Part shown: positions 35,465 to 44,940 of the stretch, piece after piece
How the letters are laid out: the number at the start of each line of letters is the position of its first letter
How positions within the stretch are numbered: position 1 is the stretch's first letter
NCBI GenBank assembly: GCA_001775055.1
Contig: MFBU01000007.1
Location: forward strand, 1,683-65,682
Direction of reading: 5' to 3'
Length of the DNA stretch: 64,000 nt
Source of the DNA: Candidatus Curtissbacteria bacterium RIFCSPLOWO2_02_41_11
Lineage (GTDB): Bacteria > Patescibacteriota > Microgenomatia > Curtissbacterales > GWA2-41-24
The notes under the pieces: model-generated
The model's database searches: none
Seen by the model: the letters and a program-made list of their open reading frames with translations, nothing else
Told to the model about the DNA's origin: nothing
Translations under genes and position numbers: made by a program

Positions 35465-36290
35465 GCGTTAATCGGTTACGAAGCCAGTTTCGTTTACCTG
35501 CCTGCCAAGCAGGCAGGGCGGTTACGTTTTACGTCTGACGCCTCACGATACGGGCGTCGTCACCCTAACCGTCTGACCTTAACCCGCGCTCCTTGCTATC
35601 TCTACCTCTTTTTCAATATCAACGGCAAAAACCCAGGAAAAGTTGGCCGCCACCACAAAAGCTATAATGGCAATCTGCGCATAGGTTACTCCCAGAATCG
35701 TCGAGATAACTAAAAAAGCCACAGAAAGCCAAAGGAAAACGAGCCAAATGGCCGCCTGATGATAAAGGTGGTAACTTGGAGCAACTAAGCTTTCCAAATT
35801 GAGTCGAACTAGTCTGGCATGAAGAGTTGGATGGATGTGGCTTTCATGAAAAAAGTGGGCACGCACCAAAACTATAATTGTGCCCAGGGCGGCTATTGAA
35901 AACATCGCTAAATTCGAATAATTTTCGGCAATAGTGTAATTGGCCAAATCGGTAAAGTGAACAGATGGCAACACCTTAAAAATTTGGCCATTGACAAGAG
36001 TTATGGGCATTTTTAAAAAATAGATGACCAGAAAAAGCCCGAGCATTTTACCAAAGATCAAGGCTGCAGCCGGCATGATCGCCTCATCAATTAACTTGGC
36101 TAGCGATTTGGTGATCATACTCTAAATATAGCAGATTCCGGAAAGCAGATGGTTACGGTGACGATACCCGTTTCGTGAGGCGTTTTGGGTCTTACGTGTT
36201 TATTGGTTTTTACGATTAACGTAACCGATAAACGATACGAGCATCGTGACCCTTCAGCTCTAAACGAAACCCAGGCAAACTGACTTCGCC
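35465..36290. mobile_element. candidate non-autonomous cassette: ~100-bp imperfect inverted repeats flanking one membrane-protein gene
   Basis: left arm 35531-35575 'acgtctgacgcctcacgatacgggcgtcgtcaccctaaccgtctg' is reverse-complement-similar to right arm 36146-36197; outer segments also match ('cgaag(c/t)cagttt', 'cggttacg'). Confidence 0.5.
35579..36118 (-). CDS. hypothetical 5-TM membrane protein (cargo of IR-flanked cassette)
   Basis: 179 aa; no known domain. Confidence 0.35.
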   Translation of the reverse strand: MITKSLAKLIDEAIMPAAALIFGKMLGLFLVIYFLKMPITLVNGQIFKVLPSVHFTDLANYTIAENYSNLAMFSIAALGTIIVLVRAHFFHESHIHPTLHARLVRLNLESLVAPSYHLYHQAAIWLVFLWLSVAFLVISTILGVTYAQIAIIAFVVAANFSWVFAVDIEKEVEIARSAG

Positions 36291-36315
36291 ATATCTCACC
36301 CTTTACATTTTAAAC

Positions 36316-37152
36316 TCATGGTAATTTTTTAGCATACTGGCTGGAAATCCAGCCTTGTTTATCCTCAAATTTAACCTTGACCCAATCTTTCGTCTCCTGA
36401 ATAATTTCCAGCTCGTCTCCCGTCTTGACCCTGCCAATTTCCGGTGAGTCGAGTGAGGCTTCTTTGCGCACTCTCAAAAACCCTGTCGGAGTAGCTAAAA
36501 TCCGCACTTTTTGAACTGATAGTGCAGGAACCGGTGAAGGTTGAACTTGGGGATTTTTGGCTATTTCCGAGGCCAAAGTGACATCGGCAACTACCTGATA
36601 TTTATTTGAGGCTTTAACAGCAAACTCACGATTAATATAACCAGCCTTAGTAAGGGTAATTTTATGTTCGCCTTCTTCAAGTTTTTCGACTAAATATGGA
36701 GTTTTGCCGACTAACTTACCGTCCATAGTAATCTCCACTTCACTCGGCATTGATGAAACAAAAAGACCCCTTTTACCACTTTCAAGCCAAAGAGTCTCAC
36801 CAGACTCGGCCAAAAAATTATTGGCAAGCTCCCGGTTAACGACCGTTAAAGTTCCACCGCTCAAAGTTATTTTTTCGACAAAACTAGCCTCACCAGCCGT
36901 AATTTTTAGCAAATATTCGCCAACTTTAAGCTGATCGGAAAAAAACGGGGTTTTGCCAAGGTGCTTACCATCAAGAAAAACCGAAGCCTCGGGAATAGAA
37001 GTAATCTGAAGCGCTGCCGGTTTGGTCGTACCGATGGCACTGCAACCGAAAAAAATAGTAGCTAGTAGCAGGTAGCTGGTAGCTGGTAGCAAGACTTTTA
37101 GGACTTTAGCTTTAGTCGTTAAATGTTTAGCTTTTGACGATATGAAAGGCAT
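36316..37152 (-). CDS. lipoprotein with PEGA domains and C-terminal SH3b domain
   Basis: PEGA-like 'ITSIPEASVFLDGKHLGKTP' and 'EITMDGKLVGKTPY'; C-terminal 'GDELEIIQETKDWVKVKFEDKQGWI' SH3b-like; start set at internal Met so the ORF does not run over repeat copy 3. Confidence 0.5.
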   Translation of the reverse strand: MPFISSKAKHLTTKAKVLKVLLPATSYLLLATIFFGCSAIGTTKPAALQITSIPEASVFLDGKHLGKTPFFSDQLKVGEYLLKITAGEASFVEKITLSGGTLTVVNRELANNFLAESGETLWLESGKRGLFVSSMPSEVEITMDGKLVGKTPYLVEKLEEGEHKITLTKAGYINREFAVKASNKYQVVADVTLASEIAKNPQVQPSPVPALSVQKVRILATPTGFLRVRKEASLDSPEIGRVKTGDELEIIQETKDWVKVKFEDKQGWISSQYAKKLP

Positions 37153-37170
37153 TGGACTTAAGTTAACACT

Positions 37171-37256
37171 TTGACTTCGCTCAGTGCAAGATCCTGCTTC
37201 GCAGGATTTTACTATATCAGCAGGTCGCTGAGTCTGACTCGGCGCTCCTCTCATAT
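37171..37256. repeat. family-A MITE-like repeat, copy 3 (reverse orientation)
   Basis: 'tatatcagcaggtcgc...ggcgctcctctcatata' plus upstream 'gacttcgctcagtgc' related to copy 1 interior. Confidence 0.7.
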
Positions 37257-37386
37257 AATTTTCTCACTCCGTTCAAATATTATGGGATTTGACATTTGGG
37301 TCTGACTGTGTTACACTTTCCGCTCGTAAATTCTCCACTATGGGTTAAAGGCCCAAGGTCCCCAGAAATCTTAATGTGGACTTCTT

Positions 37387-38088
37387 GTGGAGAAAAATAT
37401 GAAAAAATTAAAACGAAAAATTAAAAAAATTGCAAGACAATTAAAAACCTTAGCTCGCCTTGAGGTGTCTTTGGCCATACGGTTTGCTCTAAAATTTCTG
37501 CATCTTCAGCTTAAAATCAGGCCGAGAATCAGACTGTTTACCAAAGTTCTCTTGGTGTTAACGCTAGCCTTTTTTGCCTCTCATCAAGCAGTTGCTTATC
37601 TTAAACCGAAAGAGGCAGAAATTAAGATAGGCGGCCAGCCTATTTTGGTAGCCGATAGCAAAGAATCAACCGAGCCGAAGACAGAAGCTGGAATTGATTT
37701 CGCAATCGCCTCAAGAAGGTCCCCGTTTGAATTCAAAAAGCCGGTTGAAGCTGGCTATCTTTCCCAGGGCTACAGCTCATATCACCGAGCTTTCGACATT
37801 GCGACCGACTTTAATTCACCAATTCGTCCTTTAGGACCAGGTATTGTTGAATTTGCGGGCAGACTGGCGGATGGTAAAGGTAATGTGGTGATTGTTGACC
37901 ATGGAGATGGCCTTAAATCTCTTTATGCCCACATGAATAGAATTGATGTCGGTGTGGGCAATATGGTCAATGCCAGCATGATAATCGGTACTGTAGGATT
38001 AACCGGCCGAACCACCGGCCCGCACGTCCATATCGAAATTATTGACAACGGCATTCAGGTTGATCCTGCCAGTGTTCTGCCTGACTAA
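37387..38088 (+). CDS. M23 family metallopeptidase
   Basis: 'HRAFDIA', 'VDHGDGLKSLYAHM', 'GPHVHIEI' LytM-type zinc motifs. Confidence 0.8.
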   Translation: MEKNMKKLKRKIKKIARQLKTLARLEVSLAIRFALKFLHLQLKIRPRIRLFTKVLLVLTLAFFASHQAVAYLKPKEAEIKIGGQPILVADSKESTEPKTEAGIDFAIASRRSPFEFKKPVEAGYLSQGYSSYHRAFDIATDFNSPIRPLGPGIVEFAGRLADGKGNVVIVDHGDGLKSLYAHMNRIDVGVGNMVNASMIIGTVGLTGRTTGPHVHIEIIDNGIQVDPASVLPD

Positions 38089-38105
38089 AAAACCGCTCAG
38101 CCTAG

Positions 38106-38708
38106 CTAAGCAGAAAGTGACCGAAGTTTAACTTCTCCTGAATCACTATCCCCCTCTTCAGTTTCCTCAAGTTTTTGAGTCAATTCCTCAAGAAGAATTT
38201 TAAATTCGACGGGATTACCGATATTTTCGATGACGATTTCCCTCTGGTCAAAACCGGCTGTAATAATGATCATGTCGCCGCAGCTAAATATGTAACGCTT
38301 AAAAAAAGTCTGCTCAACAGTAATATGGGTAATTCGATCAAGCGGGGCAGTCACAATCTTTCGGGAAAAAAGTCCTCTAACTATCAAGAACCGACGATTA
38401 GTCAAGGCATAAATGTAGGATTGTCTCATTCGAATAAGATGACCCCATTTGGGCATGTTATAGAAAACGATGATTAAACCGAAAATCCAAAGGTATTTAA
38501 GCCAGGAAAGGCCCGGGATTTTAAATATGTCCAAGAATAAAAACATTGAAATTAAAGATATTGCAAACGGTAGAATTAAAAGAAGAGAAAGCAAAATCCA
38601 GAAGTAGCGATCACCAATAGAAGTAACAAGAACAACCTCTTCTCCCTTGCCTAGAAGTTTGGCTAATTTCTTTTTTTGGCCTTTGGTCGGAAACTTATGG
38701 CTAACCAC
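38106..38708 (-). CDS. membrane protein with bacterial PH (YdbS/YdbT-like) domain
   Basis: 200 aa; two TM helices followed by PH-like domain. Confidence 0.4.
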   Translation of the reverse strand: MVSHKFPTKGQKKKLAKLLGKGEEVVLVTSIGDRYFWILLSLLLILPFAISLISMFLFLDIFKIPGLSWLKYLWIFGLIIVFYNMPKWGHLIRMRQSYIYALTNRRFLIVRGLFSRKIVTAPLDRITHITVEQTFFKRYIFSCGDMIIITAGFDQREIVIENIGNPVEFKILLEELTQKLEETEEGDSDSGEVKLRSLSA

Positions 38709-38781
38709 TTCATTAATTAGTTTAGCACTTCGGTAAACTCAGTACGAGCCCTTCGACAAGCTCAGGGCAAGCCCGAGAAGT

Positions 38782-39489
38782 ATGGACCTTGTTTCTGCTA
38801 ATATTGGGGTAGTGGAGCAATCTTTATTTTCCAGAATTTTGACTAAAATCGGCATTGCTATTCTGGCTATTGCCCTATTTGATCTGCTTTTTGTTAACTG
38901 GTGGATATTAAAAAAATCAAAAGTTAGTAAAGATGAGGCAAATCCAGCCAGTCAAGTAGTCAATAAGGCTGATTCCGATACAATCAGAGAAATAACTTCA
39001 ACACCATCGCCAACACCTTCTACCTCACCAACCAGTTCTTCAAAATCAACCACCCAGTCTTCACCAATTGTCAAAACAGAAACGGTTATCGAAAAACAAA
39101 CACAGACCATTGTCCAAACTGCCCAGAAAGAAATTTTTGTACCGCTGGGCCAAGGTTCAACCAACAGCTCTTCCTTTGCCGATCTTTTGGGAACAGATGT
39201 CACTATCGACACCTCAAAGTATTCGGCCATTGACTCTGTGGTTTTTGAAGCCTCGATTTGGCCGGAAGGCGGCAATGGCCGTGCCTATGCCCAGATAAAA
39301 AATGTGACTGACAATAATCCCTTGTTTGAAAGCCAGATATCAAATAGTAGCGCAAGTGGCGTTGTCAAGACATCAAGCAAAATACCAATTTCAACAGGAG
39401 CTAAAACTTATCGAGTTCAAGCCAAAACCGACATCACCAATTTCGTAGCTCATGTGGAGAATGCACGCATTAAAATTACCTTGCGGTAA
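38782..39489 (+). CDS. hypothetical secreted Ser/Thr-rich protein
   Basis: 235 aa, N-terminal TM, S/T/P-rich linker. Confidence 0.3.
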   Translation: MDLVSANIGVVEQSLFSRILTKIGIAILAIALFDLLFVNWWILKKSKVSKDEANPASQVVNKADSDTIREITSTPSPTPSTSPTSSSKSTTQSSPIVKTETVIEKQTQTIVQTAQKEIFVPLGQGSTNSSSFADLLGTDVTIDTSKYSAIDSVVFEASIWPEGGNGRAYAQIKNVTDNNPLFESQISNSSASGVVKTSSKIPISTGAKTYRVQAKTDITNFVAHVENARIKITLR

Positions 39490-39492
39490 TTT

Positions 39493-39572
39493 AGTTGGTA
39501 GTTCATAGATAATAGTTCGTAGTAAAATACTGACTACGGCCTACAAACTACAAACTAAAAACTGCGACTAAA
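39493..39572. repeat. family-C repeat ('agttcgtagtaa...ctacaaactacaaactaaaaactgcgac')
   Basis: shares 'aaactacaaactac' / 'ttactacgaact' with in-frame inserts in tsaD (50858-50912) and the NTase gene (45857-45895). Confidence 0.5.
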
Positions 39573-39582
39573 AGGAGCATCA

Positions 39583-39822
39583 ATGGCTACGAAATTCCAA
39601 AAAGAATTACTAAAACAATTAGTTACTCTTTCAACCTCCGGCTTTGGTTTGGTGGCTGCACTAGCCTGGAACGAGGCTATTCAGGCGTTTGTCAAGGAGT
39701 ATATTGACCAATATATTTCGGTAGGATCGGGAATCATCTCAAGGTTTATTTATGCGATTATTATTACGGCACTAGCCGTCTTGATCACCTATCAGCTGAC
39801 GAAAATTGTCAAAGAAGATTAA
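39583..39822 (+). CDS. small conserved-looking membrane protein
   Basis: 79 aa, 2 TM. Confidence 0.3.
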   Translation: MATKFQKELLKQLVTLSTSGFGLVAALAWNEAIQAFVKEYIDQYISVGSGIISRFIYAIIITALAVLITYQLTKIVKED

Positions 39823-39852
39823 GGCTAGGCTTATGAATTTCCCCTTGCAATT

Positions 39853-40197
39853 TTAAATAGGCTTCGAGGGAGCTCTGTGTCGAATTTCGACATACCGACG
39901 AGTTAAACTCGAAGTTATAACTAACCTTTGCCCAGTTGAAACCCTGATCGGTCTTGTAAGTTCTTTTGCAGAAAGATCTCGATCTTCTAAATTATCAATA
40001 AATGTCGCCTCGATACCTTGTATATTCCCACTGATGCTGACCTGGCCAAAAGCATCTTTGGGAGAACAACTAATATCTAAAATGGCTAGGGAAAGCTTGA
40101 TTCTCTTTTTTTGACGGCGGAAAGTTATGACTAAGGGACCTGCTTTTTCTTGTCCGTAATTATCTAAATGAAAACGCTGGTGTTCAACTGGGGTCAT
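39853..40197 (-). CDS. hypothetical protein
   Basis: 114-aa ORF downstream of groEL. Confidence 0.25.
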   Translation of the reverse strand: MTPVEHQRFHLDNYGQEKAGPLVITFRRQKKRIKLSLAILDISCSPKDAFGQVSISGNIQGIEATFIDNLEDRDLSAKELTRPIRVSTGQRLVITSSLTRRYVEIRHRAPSKPI

Positions 40198-40237
40198 GAC
40201 TGGCAGATTCTACTGCCAAAGACTGCGGAAAGTCAAA

Positions 40238-41866
40238 TTAATATTCACCCATGCCGCCCGGGGGCATCGCCGGCATAGACTTTTCTTTTTCGGGAATGTC
40301 GGTAATTAAAGCTTCGGTTGTTAAAATCATCATGGCAACGGAGGCGGCATTCTGAAGCGCCGAGCGGGCAACCTTGAAAGGATCAATAATGCCGGCAACA
40401 ACCAAATCCTTAAACTGGCCGTCGAGTGCATCCAAACCGACATTTTGCTCTTTGGCTTTTTCGACTTCTTTAACAGCCCAACCGGCATCAACACCGGCAT
40501 TTTCGGCAATTTTTTCAATAGGTTTTTGCAATGCTTTATTGACTATTTCAATACCGATTCTCTCATCAGTTGGTCCACTTAACCCTAATTTGTCCAAAGC
40601 CTTGCGGGCTCGAATAAAGGCCACTCCGCCGCCGACTACGTAACCTTCTTCAACAGCGGCTTTGGTGGCATGGACCGCATCATCAACTCGTTCCTTTTTC
40701 TCCTTAAGCTCTATTTCAGTAGCCGCACCAACATTAATAACAGCCACCCCGCCGGAAAGTTTGGCCAGCCTTTCCTCAAGCTTCTCTTTGTCAAAGTCAC
40801 TATCGGTTGTCGAAAGCTCATTTCTGATCTGTTTAATTCGCCCATCCAGTGCTACCTTTGCGCCTTTTCCGCCGACAATAATCGTATTTTCTTTATCGGA
40901 AATTACCCGATCGGCTTGCCCTAAATCCTCAACAGTAACCGACTCCAGTTTTCTACCCATGTCCTCGGAAATAACCACGCCGCCGGTTAAAGCGGCAATA
41001 TCCTCAAGCATTTCCTTGCGTCTGTCGCCAAAACCCGGAGCCTTAATCGCCAAAACATTAAAGGTACCACGAAGCTTGTTAACCACCAGTGTCGCCAAAG
41101 CTTCACCTTCAACCTCGTCGGCAATAATTACCAAGTTTTTGGAAACTTTGACAAAGTTTTCTAAAAATTGGAGAAGATCATTTAAAGAGGCAATCTTTTG
41201 GTCGGTAATTAGGATATTAGCATCCTCAACGACAGCCTGCATTTTGTCAGGATCGGTCACAAAATAAGGGGAGATAAAGCCCCTATCGAATTCCATCCCT
41301 TCTTTGTATTCAACAGAGAGTTCAAGACCTTTACCCTCCTCAACGGTGACAACTCCATCTGGGCCGACTTTTTGGAGTGCTTCACCAATCATTTTGCCGA
41401 TCGCAGGATCAGCTGCCGAAATAGTGGCAATTTTTTCGATTTCGTCCTGGCCGGCAACTTTTTTGGCCATTTTTTTAAGTTCGGCAACAATTGTCTCGGT
41501 AGCCATTTCAACACCTCGTTTAAGAATCATCGGGTTGGCACCGGCAGTAATATTTTTGAGGCCTTCTTGGACCATGGCCTGGGCCAAAACCGTGGCTGTG
41601 GTAGTACCGTCGCCAGCTACATCACTGGTTTTAGAAGCAGCTTCACGAACGAGTGCAGCACCCATATTTTCAAACGGGTCCTCAAGCTCGATTTCTTTGG
41701 CAACAGCCACACCATCGTGGACAACGTTGGGAGCGCCCCACTTCTTATCAAGGGCGACATTTCTGCCTTTGGGACCCAAAGTTGTAGCCACAGCATTGGC
41801 CAGCTTATCGACACCGGCCTTTAATTTGGTCCTGGCTTCTTCTGCGTATAAAAGTTGTTTAGCCAT
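40238..41866 (-). CDS. groEL: chaperonin GroEL
   Basis: 542 aa; '[17 protein letters not shown]', '[11 protein letters not shown]', C-terminal 'GGMGEY'. Confidence 0.95.
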   Translation of the reverse strand: MAKQLLYAEEARTKLKAGVDKLANAVATTLGPKGRNVALDKKWGAPNVVHDGVAVAKEIELEDPFENMGAALVREAASKTSDVAGDGTTTATVLAQAMVQEGLKNITAGANPMILKRGVEMATETIVAELKKMAKKVAGQDEIEKIATISAADPAIGKMIGEALQKVGPDGVVTVEEGKGLELSVEYKEGMEFDRGFISPYFVTDPDKMQAVVEDANILITDQKIASLNDLLQFLENFVKVSKNLVIIADEVEGEALATLVVNKLRGTFNVLAIKAPGFGDRRKEMLEDIAALTGGVVISEDMGRKLESVTVEDLGQADRVISDKENTIIVGGKGAKVALDGRIKQIRNELSTTDSDFDKEKLEERLAKLSGGVAVINVGAATEIELKEKKERVDDAVHATKAAVEEGYVVGGGVAFIRARKALDKLGLSGPTDERIGIEIVNKALQKPIEKIAENAGVDAGWAVKEVEKAKEQNVGLDALDGQFKDLVVAGIIDPFKVARSALQNAASVAMMILTTEALITDIPEKEKSMPAMPPGGMGEY

Positions 41867-41923
41867 TTTTATCGCTAATTTAAGCTAATTGTAAGCAAAT
41901 GTTAGCTAATGAGCGAATTCGCT

Positions 41924-41943
41924 CATTCGTTTAAATTCGCTTA
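41924..41943. repeat. perfect 20-bp palindrome AATGAGCGAATTCGCTCATT between groES and groEL
   Basis: similar 'attcgctcattcg' at 12845-12860 between sufS and sufU. Confidence 0.6.
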
Positions 41944-41967
41944 AAATTCGTTCCTATTCGCAAGTAA

Positions 41968-42252
41968 TCACTTTGTGATTACAGCCATTAGATCCTCAAA
42001 TTTGATTAACAAAAGTTCCTTGCCTTCTACCTTAATTTCGTTACCGCCCCATTTTTTATAAACGACTTTATCGCCGACTTTGACAGGACATTTGATTGTT
42101 TTACCCTCTTCAATTAAATCCTCACCGCAGGCCAAGACCTTTCCTTCTTGAGGTTTTTCTTCGGCAGACTCGGGAAGAACAATTCCTGAAGCGGTTTTGG
42201 TTTCTTTGGGAGCAGGTTCGATCAAAACGTATCCGGCGAGTGGTTTTAACAT
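41968..42252 (-). CDS. groES: co-chaperonin GroES
   Basis: 94 aa; 'LKPLAGYVLIE...GIVLPE...GKVLACG' GroES pattern. Confidence 0.9.
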   Translation of the reverse strand: MLKPLAGYVLIEPAPKETKTASGIVLPESAEEKPQEGKVLACGEDLIEEGKTIKCPVKVGDKVVYKKWGGNEIKVEGKELLLIKFEDLMAVITK

Positions 42253-42309
42253 TTTTGTCTAAGGTCTAACGACTAAGGACTAAAGCTTTAGACATTGGTC
42301 TTTAGTCGC

Positions 42310-42388
42310 TTGCGATTTTTGTGTAAAAATCGCGAGCACTTTCTGTCCGCGACTGCTAATATTTTAACAATGATTTTTAATTTGTCAA
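42310..42388 (-). promoter_or_regulatory. groES promoter (TTGACA-16-TAAAAT) followed by degenerate CIRCE-like element and an 11-bp inverted repeat
   Basis: minus strand: 'ttgacaaattaaaaatcattgttaaaat' then 'ttagcagtc-N9-aagtgctcg' then 'tcgcgattttt-acac-aaaaatcgcaa'. Confidence 0.45.
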
Positions 42389-42485
42389 GCCCCGAACTTT
42401 TTAGTTCTGGGCGCAGACCCCGTAGAATCGCACTTTGAGCCGTATATGGATAATATTGGAAAGGCGAGAAGTAAGATTAGTCGGG

Positions 42486-44126
42486 TCAAGAGGGTAAATG
42501 GAAGGTTTTAACTTTGCTGACTTCCTGCATGAAGGCAAGATATAAAGGGTGGGGGCGAAGGGGACGGGATTTGAGTTCCGGATGAAACTGGACGCCGACG
42601 AAAAATGGGTGATTTTTAAGCTCTATGGCTTCAACTAATTTGCCGTTTTTGGTGGTGGCAGCAATAGTCATGCCTTTTTCTTGGAAAATCTTGCGATAAT
42701 CGTTATTGAATTCATAACGATGACGGTGGCGCTCGGAACCGGCAGTGGTTCCATAGGCACGAGCTAGAAGCGTACCTCGTTTAGCCTTAAAATCCCAGGC
42801 GCCGAGTCTCATGGTTCCCCCCAGCTCTTTCTTGGCGACTCTTTCTTTTTGCGACTCCATCACATGAATTATGGGATGTTTGGTGTCAGGATTAATCTCA
42901 GTAGTATGGGCATCGCGGTATGCACAAACATGTCTGGCAAATTCAACGGCGCAAAGTTGCATGCCAAAACAAAGCCCAAAATAGGGAATTTTATTTTCGC
43001 GTGCATATTTAATTGCCGAAATAATCCCCTCAACTGCCCGGCCACCGAAACCGCCGGGAACAATGATGCCACTAAAACCCTTAAGAATTTTTACCCCTTC
43101 TTTTTCAATCTGGGTTGAATCTATCCAAGTCATTTTAGGTTTAATGTTGCAAAATGCGGCAGCATGCTTAATCGACTCGATCACCGAAAGATAGGCATCA
43201 GATAAAGTAAAATCGCCGGTTGCAAAATATTTGCCGACCATGGCGATTTTAGCTTTCCCCTTTGCGGTTAACGCCCGATTGACCATCACTTTCCAGTCGG
43301 CAAGGTTACTTTTTCGAGGTTTGACAAATAATTTTTGGAGAATTTTGGTTGAGAGATTTTGGTTTTCGAAGTTAAGGGGAATCTGATAGATATTTTCAAC
43401 ATCCGGGGCAGAGATAATATCCTCTGGATTAAGACCGCAGGCAATGGCAATTTTTTCTTTTCTTTTATCATCAACGGCGACGCTTGACCTTGCTAAGACA
43501 AAATCGGCGATAATGCCGGAGGAGGCCAGCTGTTGGATAGACATTTGGGCCGGTTTGGACTTCATTTCGCCAATTGAAGTTGGGATTGGTAGGTAAGTTA
43601 AGTGGATATGTAAAACATCCCGTGGCCGCTCAAGTTTTAAGAGGCGGTTGGCTTCTAAAAAGAGCAGGTTTTGGAACTCACCGACAGTACCACCAACTTC
43701 AAAAAGAACGATTTCGGCACGGTTCTTTTTGGCACAGTCAATGATTCTTTTGATGATTTCGCGGGGCGGATCCTGGAAAAATTCGACGGTTTTGCCTTCA
43801 TAGCCTAAGGCTCGTTCGCGGTCAATAATTGATTTGAAAACCTGACCGGTGGTCGTATAGTTGGTAGCGTTGAGATTTTGATCTAAGAAGCGTTCGTAAT
43901 TACCCAAATCCTGATCGCATTCCATACCGTCATCCAAAACAAAAACCTCACCATGTTCGATTGGGTTAAGGGTGCCGGCATCAACGTTTAAATAGGGATC
44001 AGCTTTAATGGCGGTGACTGTGAACCCGCGGGATTTTAAGATTAAGGCGATAGATGAGGTGGCCACGCCTTTGCCGATACCGGAAATAACACCGCCTGAG
44101 ACAAAGATAAATTTGGTTCTTAACAT
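42486..44126 (-). CDS. pyrG: CTP synthase
   Basis: 546 aa; 'FVSGGVISGIGKG', glutaminase 'GLCFGMQ', 'RHRYEFN'. Confidence 0.9.
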   Translation of the reverse strand: MLRTKFIFVSGGVISGIGKGVATSSIALILKSRGFTVTAIKADPYLNVDAGTLNPIEHGEVFVLDDGMECDQDLGNYERFLDQNLNATNYTTTGQVFKSIIDRERALGYEGKTVEFFQDPPREIIKRIIDCAKKNRAEIVLFEVGGTVGEFQNLLFLEANRLLKLERPRDVLHIHLTYLPIPTSIGEMKSKPAQMSIQQLASSGIIADFVLARSSVAVDDKRKEKIAIACGLNPEDIISAPDVENIYQIPLNFENQNLSTKILQKLFVKPRKSNLADWKVMVNRALTAKGKAKIAMVGKYFATGDFTLSDAYLSVIESIKHAAAFCNIKPKMTWIDSTQIEKEGVKILKGFSGIIVPGGFGGRAVEGIISAIKYARENKIPYFGLCFGMQLCAVEFARHVCAYRDAHTTEINPDTKHPIIHVMESQKERVAKKELGGTMRLGAWDFKAKRGTLLARAYGTTAGSERHRHRYEFNNDYRKIFQEKGMTIAATTKNGKLVEAIELKNHPFFVGVQFHPELKSRPLRPHPLYLAFMQEVSKVKTFHLPS

Positions 44127-44139
44127 TAAAAAATCCCTC

Positions 44140-44225
44140 CTTCGCCAAGGCTACGGAGGGTAAACCCCCTTCGCCACAACTATTGGAGGGCTCGCTCTCC
44201 GAAGCTTTATGCGAAGGAGAGCCCG
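44140..44225. repeat. pyrG-leader hairpin repeats ('ccctcc...ggaggg', 'gctctccgaagctttatgcgaaggagagc')
   Basis: 18-mer 'gaagctttatgcgaagga' identical to 7737-7754. Confidence 0.55.
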
Positions 44226-44361
44226 CCAATATTCTCTCAAAGCCAAGTTTGGCTTGTCAACCCCGAACAAAGTTTGGTCGTAAAGTTTTTTTCCTTAAAT
44301 ATCGTTGTTGAGATTAGATTCGGAGTTAGACGACTGTTTGATTACTATACTTTGTACGGGG

Positions 44362-44802
44362 TCAAGAAGCTTGTTGTTGAGATAATTCTGCGCTCAGTTG
44401 ATTGATTGCCTTAACGTATCCTAATGCCTTATCAAGACGCAATCTAAAACTGTGGCCATGGTCTCGAATTTCACCACTGTAAGTTTCCTCGCCATTTCTA
44501 ACTTTTCTCTTAACGCGTAGCCACTCGTCTAATCCTTCAACGCGCATCCAGACTGAGCGAGCTTTTCGCAAATTAGCTCCTGCCATTAATGAAACTCTAA
44601 CAGGAGGTTCTTGTGAATTAACGTTATAGGTTAAAACTCGATAAATTACGAAGGGATTATAAGAGGGAATCCACTGGATTTTCCCTTTATCTTTCAAAAG
44701 CCGAATGGCACTATTAAATATTACCTCACAGCCAAAACCAATCTGCCCTCTTTCTTGTAGATTTTGTCTTCCTATTTCTATAAGGGATTCAGGATATGCC
44801 AT
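44362..44802 (-). CDS. hypothetical protein (possible partner of upstream nucleotidyltransferase module)
   Basis: 146 aa; basic; 'EIRDHGHSF' only weakly HEPN-like. Confidence 0.25.
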   Translation of the reverse strand: MAYPESLIEIGRQNLQERGQIGFGCEVIFNSAIRLLKDKGKIQWIPSYNPFVIYRVLTYNVNSQEPPVRVSLMAGANLRKARSVWMRVEGLDEWLRVKRKVRNGEETYSGEIRDHGHSFRLRLDKALGYVKAINQLSAELSQQQAS

Positions 44803-44857
44803 TTGGCTGAATTATACTATGAGATGCTAGAATGTCAAGTTTAGCTTCTTAATCCTC

Positions 44858-44940
44858 TTTTGATACTCCCCCATCACCCACTCCTGAGTATCTTGCGGGT
44901 GGAACAAGAGTTGGTGGTCCCCTATTTTTTCGGGTGGTGA
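44858..44940 (-). pseudogene. orphan duplicated 3'-end fragment of the nucleotidyltransferase gene (45677-46564)
   Basis: ~85 nt ~80% identical to 45728-45812; translates to 'EKIGDHQLLFHPQDTQEWVMGEYQKR' vs 'EKIGKHQLFFHPQNTGEWVMEEYQKR'. Confidence 0.5.

Noticed and set aside
40330-41888. Multiple ORFs (40374-40643, 40662-41267, 41304-41888, 41372-41824 and others) overlapping groEL
   Set aside because: They are antisense or alternate frames of a highly conserved, unmistakable groEL, and their products are low-complexity.
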